A program made the translations under genes and the position numbers. DNA of 52,035 bases, counting the filler, from Squatina squatina (lineage: Eukaryota), in assembly GCA_031763465.1 (NCBI GenBank). It is 3 parts of 3 records of this genome, joined end to end, with 100 filler letters (N's around TTAATTAATTAA, not from the genome) between each part and the next. Parts side by side here need not be neighbours in the genome. Positions count along the whole stretch, not along the records: positions 13,771 to 33,970 come from JARFOE010000234.1; 2 more parts are not named here. One strand, written 5' to 3'. Shown here piece by piece: positions 21,256 to 33,814 of this stretch (the stretch's first letter is position 1; each line of letters opens with the position of its first letter). The notes under the pieces were generated by a model. It was not told the DNA's origin and ran no database searches. It saw only the letters and a program-made list of their open reading frames with translations.

Positions 21256-23060
21256 AGTAACTTGTATTTGTTTATATTGCATTTCACTTACCACTGATTA
21301 GTCTGTGTACAAAACTTGTTACCTTCGTAAGATCTTTAATGCCTCCTAAGAATCAACGGCCCGCTAGCTTGGTGGCCCCTGCAAATTCAGCTACGTTGCA
21401 TTGAGACTGCAATTTAAGGTTTATATATTCCAGGAACAAGAAATATCCCAGCATAGATCCCAGGGGTATGCACTCAATGCTACTTAACACTCACGACTAC
21501 ATTCTGCTACCTTCTCTTTAGCCACTTATCAATTCACACCTGTGTCTTGCCCTCAATACCCACTGCTCGTTTGTAAAGGAGTTTCTAATGCAGTACTTTA
21601 TCAAAAGGCTTTTTGGAGTCGAGATACACGGTGCATATAATTTCCCCTCATCAATTTGGCATGCCACCTCTTCAAAAAGTCTGAGGTTGGCCAGGAAGTA
21701 TATAATCCTTCTAAAATCATTGGGCCGAATACAAGATTATATAGAAGCAAGTTGAGAAAGAGTGGGTCCCATTTATATATTAAAATAAGATTCAAAATAT
21801 AATGACAAATTCTTCCGATATTATAACAGCAAGGGGATTTTGGGGACAAATTTAAAGTCCTAAAGGACCTCAAGTGCCCAGAGATTCATAAAAATTAACA
21901 TGCTAAATGACTACCTGGAGACTTCTTACCAGTACAGTTACTAACAGTATAATCATCCAACAGTAAATGCATATCATGTATGCTCCAGGATTTTGTTATT
22001 GAGGCAGAGACTCCAGATAGACTATACACATTGAAAACTTGTTTATTAGGTTATTTTCATAGAGGTTCTCTTCCATTTTGTTTTTGTTTCTGATTGTTGA
22101 TTCAATTAATTTTCAGATTGTTGAAGTCAGCCTAATGGGTCACTAGTTGGAGATTTGTTTCTGTCATCCCTTTTTGAATATGGGTGCTACATTTGACTAT
22201 CCGGTCTGACGAAATCTTCCCCACTGTTCACCCACTCCCTCAAAACGTAACAGTGCTTTGTAAATCTCCTGGGTGTAGGTCATCTGTCCTGAGGAATTGA
22301 TTTATTTTCAGCACCTTCAGNNNNNNNNNNNNNNNNNNNNNNNNNNNNNNNNNNNNNNNNNNNNNNNNNNNNNNNNNNNNNNNNNNNNNNNNNNNNNNNN
22401 NNNNNNNNNNNNNNNNNNNNTTTGGCCTGCGCGCTGCCACCCCAGCTGGGCGATAAGAATTCGAATCAAGCCTTTGATCAGCTCGGCGCTGCATCTGCCG
22501 CTTTCAGGGAGGGCGGGTGGTGGTGCCGGGGTGGAGTAAAAGGAGGTAATTATAATATTTCATTTACTTCAAATCATAGGGGGATTAATACGAAAACCCA
22601 AAGGCAATTACTTGCTGGCAACAGGAGGATTCAACTGCTCATCAGTGTGTGGCTAAAACTACAAGGTTGGGGGCTGGGGAGGTCAAAGAGTCAGAAATGG
22701 GCAGTAATTTCCACTAAGATATGTAATTAGGTTGCGGAAAGATGGCAAACAAGATGAGGATTGGGGCCAGCTGTGACTGCCAAAACCAATTTGTTGCTCT
22801 GCAATAGGCTGCAGCCTCTTTATTGCAGCATTGTAATGTACGGTGTTACTCAATTATGGGGCCTAATTGAAAGGTGAGCACTTAACTGTAATGAAATTAG
22901 ACTTTCTTGCCTATTACAAGAGCGGCAGCAGTGTGCTCTTATAAAGGTCCAGGAGACACATTCTCTCGCTCTCGCTCCCAAGCCTGTGTATGTTCACAGC
23001 AGCTTGTCCCCAACGCAGACTGCTCGTAGAGTTTTGTCTGCACATTCTTGTCCCTGGATC

Positions 23061-23290
23061 AACACAGCACGCACATACACATATCACACACACAGCACGC
23101 ACATACACGTATCACACACACAGCACGCACATACACGTATCATGCACACAGCAGACACATACACGTATCACGCACAGAGCACGCACATAAACATATCACA
23201 CACACAGCACGCACGTACACATATCACATGCTCACACACACACACACAGCACACATCTTTATATCACACATATACACGCACATATACACA
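23061..23290 (+). repeat. CA-rich minisatellite (unit roughly 26-30 bp, cacacagcacgcacatacacgtatca)
   Basis: About 7-8 degenerate copies are visible. It generates the spurious His/Thr-rich ORFs. Confidence 0.9.
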
Positions 23291-23789
23291 TGGCTGTGGA
23301 GCTTTAGCCTCACGTCCAGTCATCGGGGAAGTGACTTCTCTGCCTATCTGAGTGCAAATTCCTGCAGACAACACTGCAGTCTATACAAGTCTACTTAATG
23401 TCCCCACACAGTACTCAAACTGCTATGTCAATAAACTGGAGAGGGCTGTGCTGACACTCAATGTTGAAAAGCCGCACTGCGTTTCAGTTTTACCTTCAAT
23501 GCTGCAAAAAAACAAGTCAGCATTTAAGAATAGGTAGGTAGTTAAACGAAAGCAGAATAAAGGGATGTGGGAACAGAGAAAGCACATGAGATTAGTACCC
23601 TGGTTATCTCTGCAACCTCCTCCAGCCCCATAACCTTTCCCTGAGCTTTCCGTTCCTCTGACCCTGGCCCCTTGTGCATCCCCTCGCTCTTTGATGGCCT
23701 TAGTGGTTGTCTTTGGACAGTTTGCAACCTTGATGTCCTATGTGACCCTGAGATGGGCTTACGACAACATATCTAATTCATAACAAAAC

Positions 23790-24199
23790 TGTCCAGTTTC
23801 ACCTCCATNNNNNNNNNNATCTGCTGCTGAAACCCTTATTGATGCCTTTGTTTCTTTGAGACTTGACTATTCCAAAGCTCTCCTGGCTGGTACTCTCATC
23901 TTCCACCCTCCAGAAACTTGAACCCATCCAAAATTCTGTTGCCCATGTCCTAACTCGCACCAAATCTTGTTCACCCATCATCCTTGTGTTCACCAACCTA
24001 TTGTCCGGTAATGCTTCAATTTTAAAATTCCCATTCTGTTTTGCAAATCCCTCCATGGCCTCGCCCCTTCCTATCTATGTAACCTTCTCCAGCGCTCCTC
24101 CAATTCTGGCCTCTTGTGCATCCCCAATTTTAATCGTTCCACCATTGCAGGCTGTGGCCCTAAGCTCTAGGAATTCCTCCCTAAACCTCTTTGCTTCTC
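23790..24199 (+). mobile_element. L2 LINE 3' fragment
   Basis: AETLI.AFV..RLDYS.ALLAG and IQNSVAHVLTRT motifs. Confidence 0.85.
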
Positions 24200-24546
24200 N
24201 NNNNNNNNNNNNNNNNNNNNNNNNNNNNNNNNNNNNNNNNNNNNNNNNNNNNNNNNNNNNNNNNNNNNNNNNNNNNNNNNNNNNNNNNNNNNNNNNNNNT
24301 TGAATGCTGGCCAAACGGCACCTTCTCAGGAAAGAAGAGAAAAAGGGGAGAAAAGTGGACAATAGAATAAAAAGGGCAATTGAGATAAACGTGACAGTGG
24401 AGACGAGACCGGAATCCTGCATAAAGGTAAGACTGTCCTTAAGTTTGGAGCTCTCTCTTTGTAGTAACTAAAGTTCACTGTCCTCAGTATGCTGCTGCCT
24501 TACTTGACCTCTGATCTCTGCCACTTCTTCAGTCTGTGCTACTTAC

Positions 24547-24730
24547 TCGAATGGGTCACTGGGATCGGCCCTCTGGAGCTCAGGTGGAATGGGGATACGC
24601 TTGTAATACATCTCCCAGTCGAAGGCTCCCCTCATGGCATCTCCAGCCTGCATCTCGTAGCCAAAGTGATTGTGGTCAATGACGTCGATCATCGGGCACA
24701 CGATCGTCCTGCGGTTCTGCGCAATCTGGT
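24547..24730 (-). CDS. GALNTL6: GALNTL6 (polypeptide GalNAc-transferase-like 6) exon
   Basis: ctttcag|AC CAG...TTC GA|gtaag, 184 nt. Translates [69 protein letters not shown] and QRADP favour GALNTL6 over GALNT10. Confidence 0.87.
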
Positions 24731-25291
24731 CTGAAAGATGAAAAGGGGACGCCGGGAAGAAAAGCACGATTAGCCGGGATTATCCAATCATATCCGCACT
24801 GAAGCACTATCCGCTCTATCCCGGAGGACTCTCTGACACTGCCTGCCTTCAGTTCCCCGCAGCCCTCAGCTCCTCGCAACTGTTCAATCCACGCAGCCCG
24901 CCCTCTGAAATTGGACATTATGCAGCTGGTCGGTGATTAGAAACGATTAGATTCTTTTGGAAGTGTGACTTCTCCAGTGAGGCTAAAGAAACCTCAGCCA
25001 TCTATATCTCTGTCACTCAGGCTGGTTAAACTGTTCCAAATCTGTCACTGATTCCTCATAAAATATCGCAGTCGCGCAACTTTTCAACATCCTTTGTTGC
25101 AGTGCACCGTTCCTCTTTTTGTAATGACTAAGAGCTCATTTTTGTTTGGTGGGCAGGTTAAACTACAATGAAAAGCATTCAACAGTTTAAACATAGGTTA
25201 ACGGCCAGCTAAATCGCAACACCTACATCACAAAGGGTAGTAGAAAATACTTGGATTGTAGAACAGACTTGATGGGCTGAATGGCCTATTC

Positions 25292-25590
25292 ATAGAATCA
25301 CAGAATCATAGACATTTACAGCACAGAAGGAGGCCATTCGGCCCATCGNNNNNNNNNNNNNNNNNNNNNNNNNNNNNNNNNNNNNNNNNNNNNNNNNNNN
25401 NNNNNNNNNNNNNNNNNNNNNNNNNNNNNNNNNNNNNNNNNNNNNNNNTCCCCTCTAATCCTCCTACCAATTACTTTAAATCTACGCCCCCTGGAATCTA
25501 TATGCCCATTCTGCAAGAATATTAATGTCTTCTTGTAATTTGCTGCAGTCCTCCTCAGTATTGACTATCCCCGCCCTGCAATTTGGTGTC
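25292..25590 (-). mobile_element. CR1 LINE 3' fragments flanking a gap
   Basis: Tail atagaatcacagaatc...ggccattcggcccatcg, and SRGRRFKVIGRRIRG after the gap. Confidence 0.75.
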
Positions 25591-25686
25591 ATCTATACTC
25601 CCAGGTATCCAGAACGAGCTTGGGATGCAAGATTTTTAAAATGTAAGCCGTTAATTGTCACTGAGCGAAGGCAGATGGACACTTAC

Positions 25687-25872
25687 CAAGTAATGGCGGT
25701 AACCAGTTCACATTGGCTTCGCAGTGAGAGTCCAGGAAGGTCAAAACTTCACCTTTGGCCACCGACGCCCCTAGCAACCGAGTTCGGATCAGTCCTTCTC
25801 TCTTCCTGGTGCGCATGATCCTCACTTTTGGAAATCTAGCCATGTATTCCTCTAACCGTTCTTTCAAGTGCT
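25687..25872 (-). CDS. GALNTL6: GALNTL6 exon containing the DxH metal-binding motif
   Basis: tttccag|AG CAC...CTT G|gtaag, 186 nt. Translates [61 protein letters not shown]. Splices in phase to 24730. Confidence 0.87.
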
Positions 25873-25944
25873 CTGGAAAGAAAAAGACGTAAACACTTCA
25901 ACCCTTTGGGACAGGATTTTTTTCAACACTTCAGTGAATATAAG

Positions 25945-25998
25945 AACATAGAAACCTAGAAACATAGAAAATAGGTGCAGGAGTAGGCCATTAGGCCC
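25945..25998 (-). mobile_element. CR1 3' tail
   Basis: acatagaaacctagaaacatagaaaataggtgcaggagtaggccatt. Confidence 0.75.
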
Positions 25999-26122
25999 NN
26001 NNNNNNNNNNNNNNNNNNNNNNNNNNNNNNNNNNNNNNNNNNNNNNNNNNNNNNNNNNNNNNNNNNNNNNNNNNNNNNNNNNNNNNNNNNNNNNNNNNTT
26101 TGGGGCGTTTTTATCCTTGGCG

Positions 26123-26310
26123 GCCTGAAAGGGCAGTGGAAGCAGATTCAACTGCAACTTTTAGGAATTGGATAAATAGATGAAAAGAGGAAAAATTTGC
26201 AAGGCTACAGGGTAAGAGCAGGGAGGGGAGCTAATGGGATAGCTCTTTCACACAGCTGGCACAGGCACGATGGGCCGAATGGCCTCCTTCTGTGGTAGGA
26301 TTCTACGATG
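26123..26310 (+). mobile_element. CR1 LINE 3' end
   Basis: cctgaaagggcagtggaagcagattc...acgatgggccgaatggcctccttctgtg. Confidence 0.8.
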
Positions 26311-26378
26311 CTAAGTGAATCGTTGATGAAGAAGAACTTTAATGATCAGTTGCTGGCTGTATCTCTTTAACCCAAAAC

Positions 26379-26579
26379 TAGGGTGACCAGACGTCCCGGT
26401 TTTGCCGGGACAGTTCGTTTTTTTTTTAGTAAACGTCCCGGTGTCCCGACACTTACCTTCAGATCGCTCAAATGTCCCGGTTTCCAGCGAGCGAGGGCGG
26501 AAAACTGACTGCGTGTGCGCAGACTGGAAGTCAAATTTTGTCCCTTTTTTTTAATAGTTTTAAATATCTGGTCACCCTA
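26379..26579. mobile_element. Complete 201-bp hAT (Blackjack-like) MITE
   Basis: Perfect 13-bp TIR TAGGGTGACCAGA...TCTGGTCACCCTA. 8-bp TSD cccaaaac (26371-78) and cccaaagc (26580-87). Subterminal gtcccg repeats. Confidence 0.9.
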
Positions 26580-27429
26580 CCCAAAGCTGTTCGTCACCTT
26601 CAGCTGAATGGAACACAATCAAAGCCACATGATAAATCGTGGGGAAAGCAATGCTTTGCTCCGTGCATTGTCATTCCTTCTCCAGGTCGTTCTGCTGTTT
26701 TGTTTGTTACCGCTGCTGCATTTTAAATAAAGCCGGGTATTTAAATTCCACTGCAACTAATGAACAAAGGTAGTCAGATGTGAAAGTCAGCACCCTGTCA
26801 GGTACGCTGCGAAAATGTGCCTAATTGTTAATTTAAAAACAAAATCTATCATTGTATTTTTCTCGCAGTTGATTAAATAAGGTAATAAATCACATGCACG
26901 ATACATGCCAACACAACACCCAGTCATCTGTCAGAACGGGAACCAGACTGCCACTGAGTGACAAATAAATAGTAATTGAGAAACAGGAGTTTTATATTCT
27001 TGTCAACAGAACGACAACATATGACAAAGGGCAGCAGCAAACCTTTCTCCGCTGCTGGTTAATAAGCAAAAGTTTTCAACTTGAGTTTTCTTTCAGGCAT
27101 TATCGCTTTACCTAACTTGAAGGGCTTGGTGGTTCATACATACTTCGATTTAGTCTAAGTTAATGCACAACTAGAAGAAGTCATTCAGTGGATATTACTT
27201 GCAACTTGAGCTCTTTCACTGAGACCCGTGCAACTTTTATTTTAATTTTCTGTGTCCCAGCATGCCTCAGTCCTGCACCACAAGCCACCTGACCCTTGAA
27301 CCGTAAGTGAACTAACATTGCGGGATCGATGCCAGTACAGCGGTCAATCGATTGTGCATTATCCCTTTCATTGAGAAACTAAGCCTAGCCAAACAAAAAA
27401 AAAGCCTGGGGTGTGAGGGTGTGAGGGTC

Positions 27430-27573
27430 GGGGGGAGATGAGGACAATATTTTTTTCCCTCAGCGAGTTGTTATGATGTGGAGTGCACTGCCTGAAAGGG
27501 TGGTGGAAGCAGATTCAGCAGTAAGTTTTAAAATGGAATTGGGTAAATACTTGACAAGGAAAATAAATTGCAG
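27430..27573 (+). mobile_element. CR1 3' fragment
   Basis: FFPQRVVMMWSALPERVVEADSAVSFKMELGKYL. Confidence 0.8.
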
Positions 27574-27673
27574 NNNNNNNNNNNNNNNNNNNNNNNNNNN
27601 NNNNNNNNNNNNNNNNNNNNNNNNNNNNNNNNNNNNNNNNNNNNNNNNNNNNNNNNNNNNNNNNNNNNNNNNN

Positions 27674-27897
27674 CGCGTGTGTGGTTGCGCCGGCAGTGTG
27701 GTTGATGTCATGCTGCTGGGCGTAACCTAGCAGTGATGCGGCATTGGCTGGGTCAGCGCCGTGGCAACGCTCGCTGGCCCAGAATGATGACTAAGTCAGC
27801 AAGGCCGCGTCGCTGTGCGTCGCTGGTGACGCGGCGCAGTACAAACTACGGGGCCCCGAATGCTGCGACCCGTTTGGGCACAGAAGAATTAGGGCCT
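27674..27897. mobile_element. CpG-rich MITE-like element end
   Basis: GC-rich contig edge ending abruptly at gaattagggcct, similar in style to the right end at 3313. Confidence 0.4.
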
Positions 27898-28774
27898 CTT
27901 TCTTGTTGAATCTCAGAATATCACAAAATAGGAAGCAGATGAGTGGGGTAAATAAAAACGAGTTTCTTTCATTTGCTGCCCTCTAGACTATTTTTTTGAG
28001 TTCCATTGTAAAAAATGTCACTATATGAATATAAATCAGTTTTCACAGTATTGCTGACAGGAAAGTGCGACTCGATGTTATCAAAGGTATTGTGTCTTTG
28101 TCAGATGGAAGCTCATGGGGGAAGAAGGAAAATAAAAAAATAAGGAAAATGAGAGAAGAGGCAGTTGCTGTTCATTGGGGACAGATGGAGTGGTCCAATG
28201 AGGATAATTTCCTTCCCTTTCTGTCCGTCTCTGCTCAGTGAGGGATGAGACCCAACATGATTTATTATCAACGAGCCCATGGTGTGACAGTAGTGTGGCT
28301 CCTAGCTTGTACTCGGATCCTCAGCCCTTTAGGGACTAATGAAGCATCCACACTAAACACTTCCACAAAGAGACAGAAACTCGCTTGCTCTCACTGTTTA
28401 TTGCCTGCGTGCCTTTGACTTTCTACCCCTTCCCTGTGACTCCATTTACGAGCGCACAAAGGCAATAATAGCGCAGAGATCAGGATCCAATCCCTACATG
28501 TTACAACAGTAATCTGGGCTCATACTGACAAGATCAAAGTTTAAGAGGATTTGCTTCAGTGCAGATGGTAATTAGGACAAGTGTGCCTGGATCCGAGTTG
28601 GTACCGCCACTAAGCAGTGCTAAGTTTTTGCTTTGGAATCGCGGCTTGGTCATCGTTATCTCTGTTTGAAACGTACACGGTCAGCTCAGAATCTTTTGAA
28701 AGCTAAAGCTCCAAAATTGAGAGACTGTCTCATCCACAGAGAACTAGGCAGCGAGAACAGGATGAAAGAGCAAA

Positions 28775-28846
28775 GAAAGGTTTGCATTTCTGTAGCGCCT
28801 TTCACGACCACCAAACGTCTCAAAGCGCTTTACAGCCAATGAAGTA
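28775..28846 (-). mobile_element. DeuSINE 3' tail
   Basis: ttgcatttctgtagcgcctttcacgaccaccaaacgtctcaaagcgctttacagccaatgaagta. Confidence 0.7.
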
Positions 28847-28946
28847 NNNNNNNNNNNNNNNNNNNNNNNNNNNNNNNNNNNNNNNNNNNNNNNNNNNNNN
28901 NNNNNNNNNNNNNNNNNNNNNNNNNNNNNNNNNNNNNNNNNNNNNN

Positions 28947-29045
28947 CGGGGTACTGATCAGCCATGATCATATTGAATGGCGGTGCTGGCTCGAAGGGCC
29001 GAATGGCCTGCTCCTGCACCTATTTTTCTATGTTTCTATGTTTCT
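28947..29045 (+). mobile_element. CR1 3' tail
   Basis: Near-identical to 5716-5790, ending in a (ttctatgt)n repeat. Confidence 0.85.
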
Positions 29046-31224
29046 CCTCACCTCTTTGAGCTATGAGCCATTTCTTGGTAGAATAGAGGTGACCTTCACC
29101 AAGTGGGATAAGATGCAATCTTTTACGGCTGGAATACGGGGAGCGAGTTTCCTAGCATTTATTCTGCACTAAAATGACCGCCAAGCCCTCGTACTGTCAT
29201 TGAGGGCCTCGTGAAGACCATTTCATCGTTTTGGCAATGTCATTTTTCAGCCTACTGAACATCTAAATAGAACAGTTCATCTAATTATCATCACTATTGG
29301 TGTAATATTCTCCCGCTTTTATTGAAATATGCAGTACAATTTGCCTAGGGAGCATTTTTATACGAGTCTATAAAATCAAATTTGCTTACACGGCTAAATA
29401 TAAAATCATAAAATTAAAGTCACTGAAGCATGGAATACAGTTAAAATAAGCCTCCACACCACAGGCTGGTTTTACATTTAAATTACTCTGTACCGCCGCA
29501 GAATATTTAAACCGAGAGTCAATTGATTACAAAAGTACCTATGTGTTGGAAAGGGTACAAGAGAGTTGCTAACCAATTCATGATATGATAATGATTGTTT
29601 TTTTGGAATGCTTCTCTTTTGATTCTTCGTGCACAGCATTGTATGTTTTTTAAATTTATATCTGAACCAATACGGTGATTGCACAGCAACCTAGCCTGCC
29701 AACTTTAAAACAAATTGCTGCTGTCTGAGTTGTCCCCTAATTTCATTGCGATTGTGTCTGATTGTGTACTGATGCCCGGTTTGCTGATTATGTGAATGGG
29801 GGAGTGCCCTGCACTCTCTTGGTGGTTTACTATGGCAGTGCCACTTATGGCGGCGTGGTGACCTGCCGACCTCCTGGCGCCTCCTTCCCCCCCGCCCCCC
29901 CGCTCGTTACATTTACAACCACGAGAANNNNNNNNNNNNNNNNNNNNNNNNNNNNNNNNNNNNNNNNNNNNNNNNNNNNNNNNNNNNNNNNNNNNNNNNN
30001 NNNNNNNNNNNNNNNNNNNNNNNNNNNCAATCAAACGCTCCAACTTTTCTAGACTCGAAGGGCCATCATACTGGAGTGGGGGCACTTGGCTTGCTCACTG
30101 CATGTGGGCCCAATCCTTCGACAAGTGCATTGTCTCTCTTTTAGATTTCTGGCTCCCTCCAGCCCAAGTTCTGAATTATTCTATTTTCTGCTCAGTCAGT
30201 TTCTCAAGAAGAAACAAAAAAGCAACAGTGACAAGCTTACATCAGGGATTCTTCTGCTTACAGCTCTTCCAGTTTAAAGAAAAAACACCTCTCCTTTTCT
30301 GCAGAGTTTTTGCTGCACTGCAAGGCTTGTTTCTGGGTGCTGGTTTTCTCATGCGCTGTAGCAATATTAGCACAGGACGGCCAAACGTTTGCTGATGTCG
30401 TGTAATTAGTACATGGTTCTCATTGCATTAGTTTTACCATTACCTTTTCCAATCTTACATGCCAGTCCATTTGTCGGCTCTGATTAATGGCTCCAATCAT
30501 CGATTGTGGAGACGCGCACTTTCACAAGAAACCTTTCTGCAGGAGTGTAAAAAAATCACGAGATTGATCTGTAAACAAGTGCTATCAGACACATGCTCAT
30601 TATGCCTCCTGTTTGAACATCACGGTGCCCTTTGGAAGATGAATTTTCCCTCTGTCTTCGCTTCGCAGCACACCTCCTTCATTAATTATCTCCAATCCCG
30701 TACAAAATCCACCCCGATGGATGCTTGCAAGTATCAGCGTAATTACTGGCTATGAGCGTTGACAGCTCTCGTCATGGCCCGAGCGACCATCCCACCGCAG
30801 CTCAGAAAGCACTTAATAAAGAGGACCAAGCCGCGAGCAATCAGACGTGGCGTGCCGCAGGAACTTGGCTCCTTAATGTTAATGGGTTTGCTGCTAAAAA
30901 GAACGCCTGATTGCAGAATTTACTCCACAGCCAGAGAGTCACCAATCCTGCTAGTCTTCAACATTTTAATAACGAGCTAGTGCATGTCTCCGATAATTCC
31001 TTATTAACTGAAGCAGATTGCAAGGTAGAATAAAATATTATCAGACCCATATGCTTCCTGATATTCTGATGCGAGATGATTAAGTCACAAAGAGGAGTGC
31101 AGGCGAAGGAAGCCATTTGGCCGATCTAGCTAGTCTTCCAACAGACTCTTCAGTTCCTCCCTACCTCACCCCAACAGCATCTCATTACTAGTTAAGCGAT
31201 TCCAATGTTTTTACCTTCATTCCT

Positions 31225-31365
31225 TACCTAAGGAAGGATATACTTGCCACAGAAGGTGCGCGAAGAAGGTTCAGCAGACTGATTCCTGGGCTGGCGGGAT
31301 TGTCGTATGCGGAGAGGTTGAGTAGACCGGGCCTGTATTCTCTAGAGTTTAGAAGAATGAGAGGG
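31225..31365 (+). mobile_element. CR1 ORF2 C-terminal fragment
   Basis: LRKDILATEGARRRFSRLIPGLAGLSYAERLSRPGLYSLEFRRMRG. Confidence 0.85.
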
Positions 31366-32021
31366 NNNNNNNNNNNNNNNNNNNNNNNNNNNNNNNNNNN
31401 NNNNNNNNNNNNNNNNNNNNNNNNNNNNNNNNNNNNNNNNNNNNNNNNNNNNNNNNNNNNNNNNNCACACAATTAGCTGGTAGTTTCTGTAAGGTTTTAG
31501 TCTGAGTGCTTTCGTTGATAGATTTAAGATTTCAGGAGAATGTACCCTTGGCACAGGCTGTACTATTGGATTTACTTGTCATGAGTTCTGTTATGATCAC
31601 TGGCAGCAGGGACTCTCGTGGTAAGATACATTATTCATCTCCTTCTCCAGATGAGGCAAGAGCTCTGTAGGGGTCACTTCAGTAATTGGTCTCCAGATTT
31701 CTTATGCTCCGAGGGCTCTCATGTGAAGTGTGGAGAGCACAGCCTCGGCCTGCCCATTTGGTAGGAAAATTGGTTTTCATTTAAAAGTCCCCACACACAA
31801 GGAACCACAAGTACAGACGCTATTGTGTTCAGGAAATGATTTTAAACCGCTGTTCAATCAGACAATCCTTTTGCTGCAGTTGTATTAACCACGGAACTGT
31901 CTGCGCGAGTGCGTGTGTGAGGAAAAGGCTCTGTTTTTGAAGGAAGGGGTAGATAAAGGAAAAAAAGAAACACTGCAAATGTAAAGTTGGAACAAAAAGT
32001 GTCTGATTCACCAGCGTCCTT

Positions 32022-32110
32022 CAAGAGGCATTTTACAAGATTATGACAGGTTTGAATAAGGTAGAAAAGCTGTTCCCATTAGCTGACGGTACAAGGGCTA
32101 GGGGACACAG
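32022..32110 (+). mobile_element. CR1 fragment
   Basis: YKIMTGLNKVEKLFPLADGTRARGH. Confidence 0.75.
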
Positions 32111-33011
32111 NNNNNNNNNNNNNNNNNNNNNNNNNNNNNNNNNNNNNNNNNNNNNNNNNNNNNNNNNNNNNNNNNNNNNNNNNNNNNNNNNNNNNNNNNN
32201 NNNNNNNNNNCTGCTCATAGTTCTTGTGTACTTCTTTCTTATGTTCATTCTTTTTCCTAAGTGAGTATATTTTAGACCTGGGCCCTGACACAAAGATAAA
32301 AACCAACTGCCAGGAAACAGAACGCATATTAAGGAATAAATAAGTTCTGTTGCACTCTGAAAGACCTTCGAAACAATCAGCAACATCCCTGCAGCCTCAC
32401 ACGTTCACTGGGAGCTAACTTTGAATGGATCTTCAAGCTCTTTAGCTGAACACAAGCAATCCCAGCGCACCCACAGAATAAATGTAACAGGCCTCAGCTT
32501 ATTTTTCAATTAATGGAGAAAAAAAGAAACAGGTTTCCACTTAGGGAATGATGAGCATAAACCCAGCACTTTAGACAAAAGTCATTTTAAGTCAATAGAT
32601 TAATCAGTCTCTCGTGTTTGATGAAACCGCTGCATTTGATCTTTCTTGTATGACTAAAGGCTAGAGCTTCCTGTTCCCCAGCGTGTTTTTGATACAACAG
32701 TAATTCTATTGCACCCAATCTTAAAGCATCAATTTAGGTTCTATTAACAAAGGACAAATAGACGTGGCTTTCTTTCCAGATTAAACAATCCATAAGGAAA
32801 TAAATCAAAGACCTATACTCGGAAGGGTACAAATTAGCCTTTGCAAAAGGTTTCTGCCCATCAGGAGATAAATATTTGCACAGTGCAACTGCCTCTCGCA
32901 GGCTAGCACCCNNNNNNNNNNNNNNNNNNNNNNNNNNNNNNNNNNNNNNNNNNNNNNNNNNNNNNNNNNNNNNNNNNNNNNNNNNNNNNNNNNNNNNNNN
33001 NNNNNNNNNNN

Positions 33012-33282
33012 TGACTCTGCTTGATTTTATTATAACTTTCTAATTGTCCTGCTGCTACTTTTTAAATAATGGATTCTAGCATTTTCCCAATGACAGGTGT
33101 TAGGCTAACTGACCTATAGTTACCTGCTTTCTGTCTCCCTCCTTTTTTGAATAAGCGCGTTACACTTGCTGTTTTCCAATCCTCAGGGACTTTTCCAGAA
33201 TCTAGGGAATTTTGGAAGATTATAACCAATGCATTCACTACCTCTGTATCCACTTCTTTTAAGATTGTAGGATGCAAGCCAT
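33012..33282 (-). mobile_element. CR1 reverse transcriptase N-terminal fragment
   Basis: HPTILKEV...IIFQNSLDSGKVPEDWKTASVT.LFKKGGRQKAGNYRSVSLT. Confidence 0.9.
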
Positions 33283-33814
33283 CTGTTCTACCATCACCTT
33301 CTTACAGCGATGGGCAACAAATGCAACATCGATCGTCTACATCCCGAAATACATATTCTAAAAAAAAACATATTATAACGCTTGGAAGGGTAAAAGAGTG
33401 AATAAACCCTTCAGCACTTGCTGCATGGCCCTGGACCCTTTCTGTATTGATTAGCCTGCCGTGCACATGTACATTGAATTAACTTTCGTACAAACTTGAC
33501 AATGTAACGAGGATACTTAATATCACATGATGAAAGATGTAGGGAATGCAAATAGTACTTGCTGCTGTCACTGAGTACAAAGGTAAAATATGTTCTGTGC
33601 CTGAACACTGTCATTCTGTATCTTGAAGAACTGCCTTGATTTTATAGAAAGAACTCAATTTTCGGGACAGTAATGTTTCCAGGACAGCCTTAGTCAGACT
33701 TGTAATCCATTTCTGTTATGCTATTTCCATAATGTCTGTCACAATTAAATTTTTCTATTCAGTTTTCTTAACTGATTCTTCCAAAGGCTGCTGTGAAATT
33801 GTACTGTGCACTTT

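Noticed and set aside
22986-23398. His/Thr-rich ORFs as a metal-binding protein
   Set aside because: They are translations of a CA-rich minisatellite that is open in all three frames.
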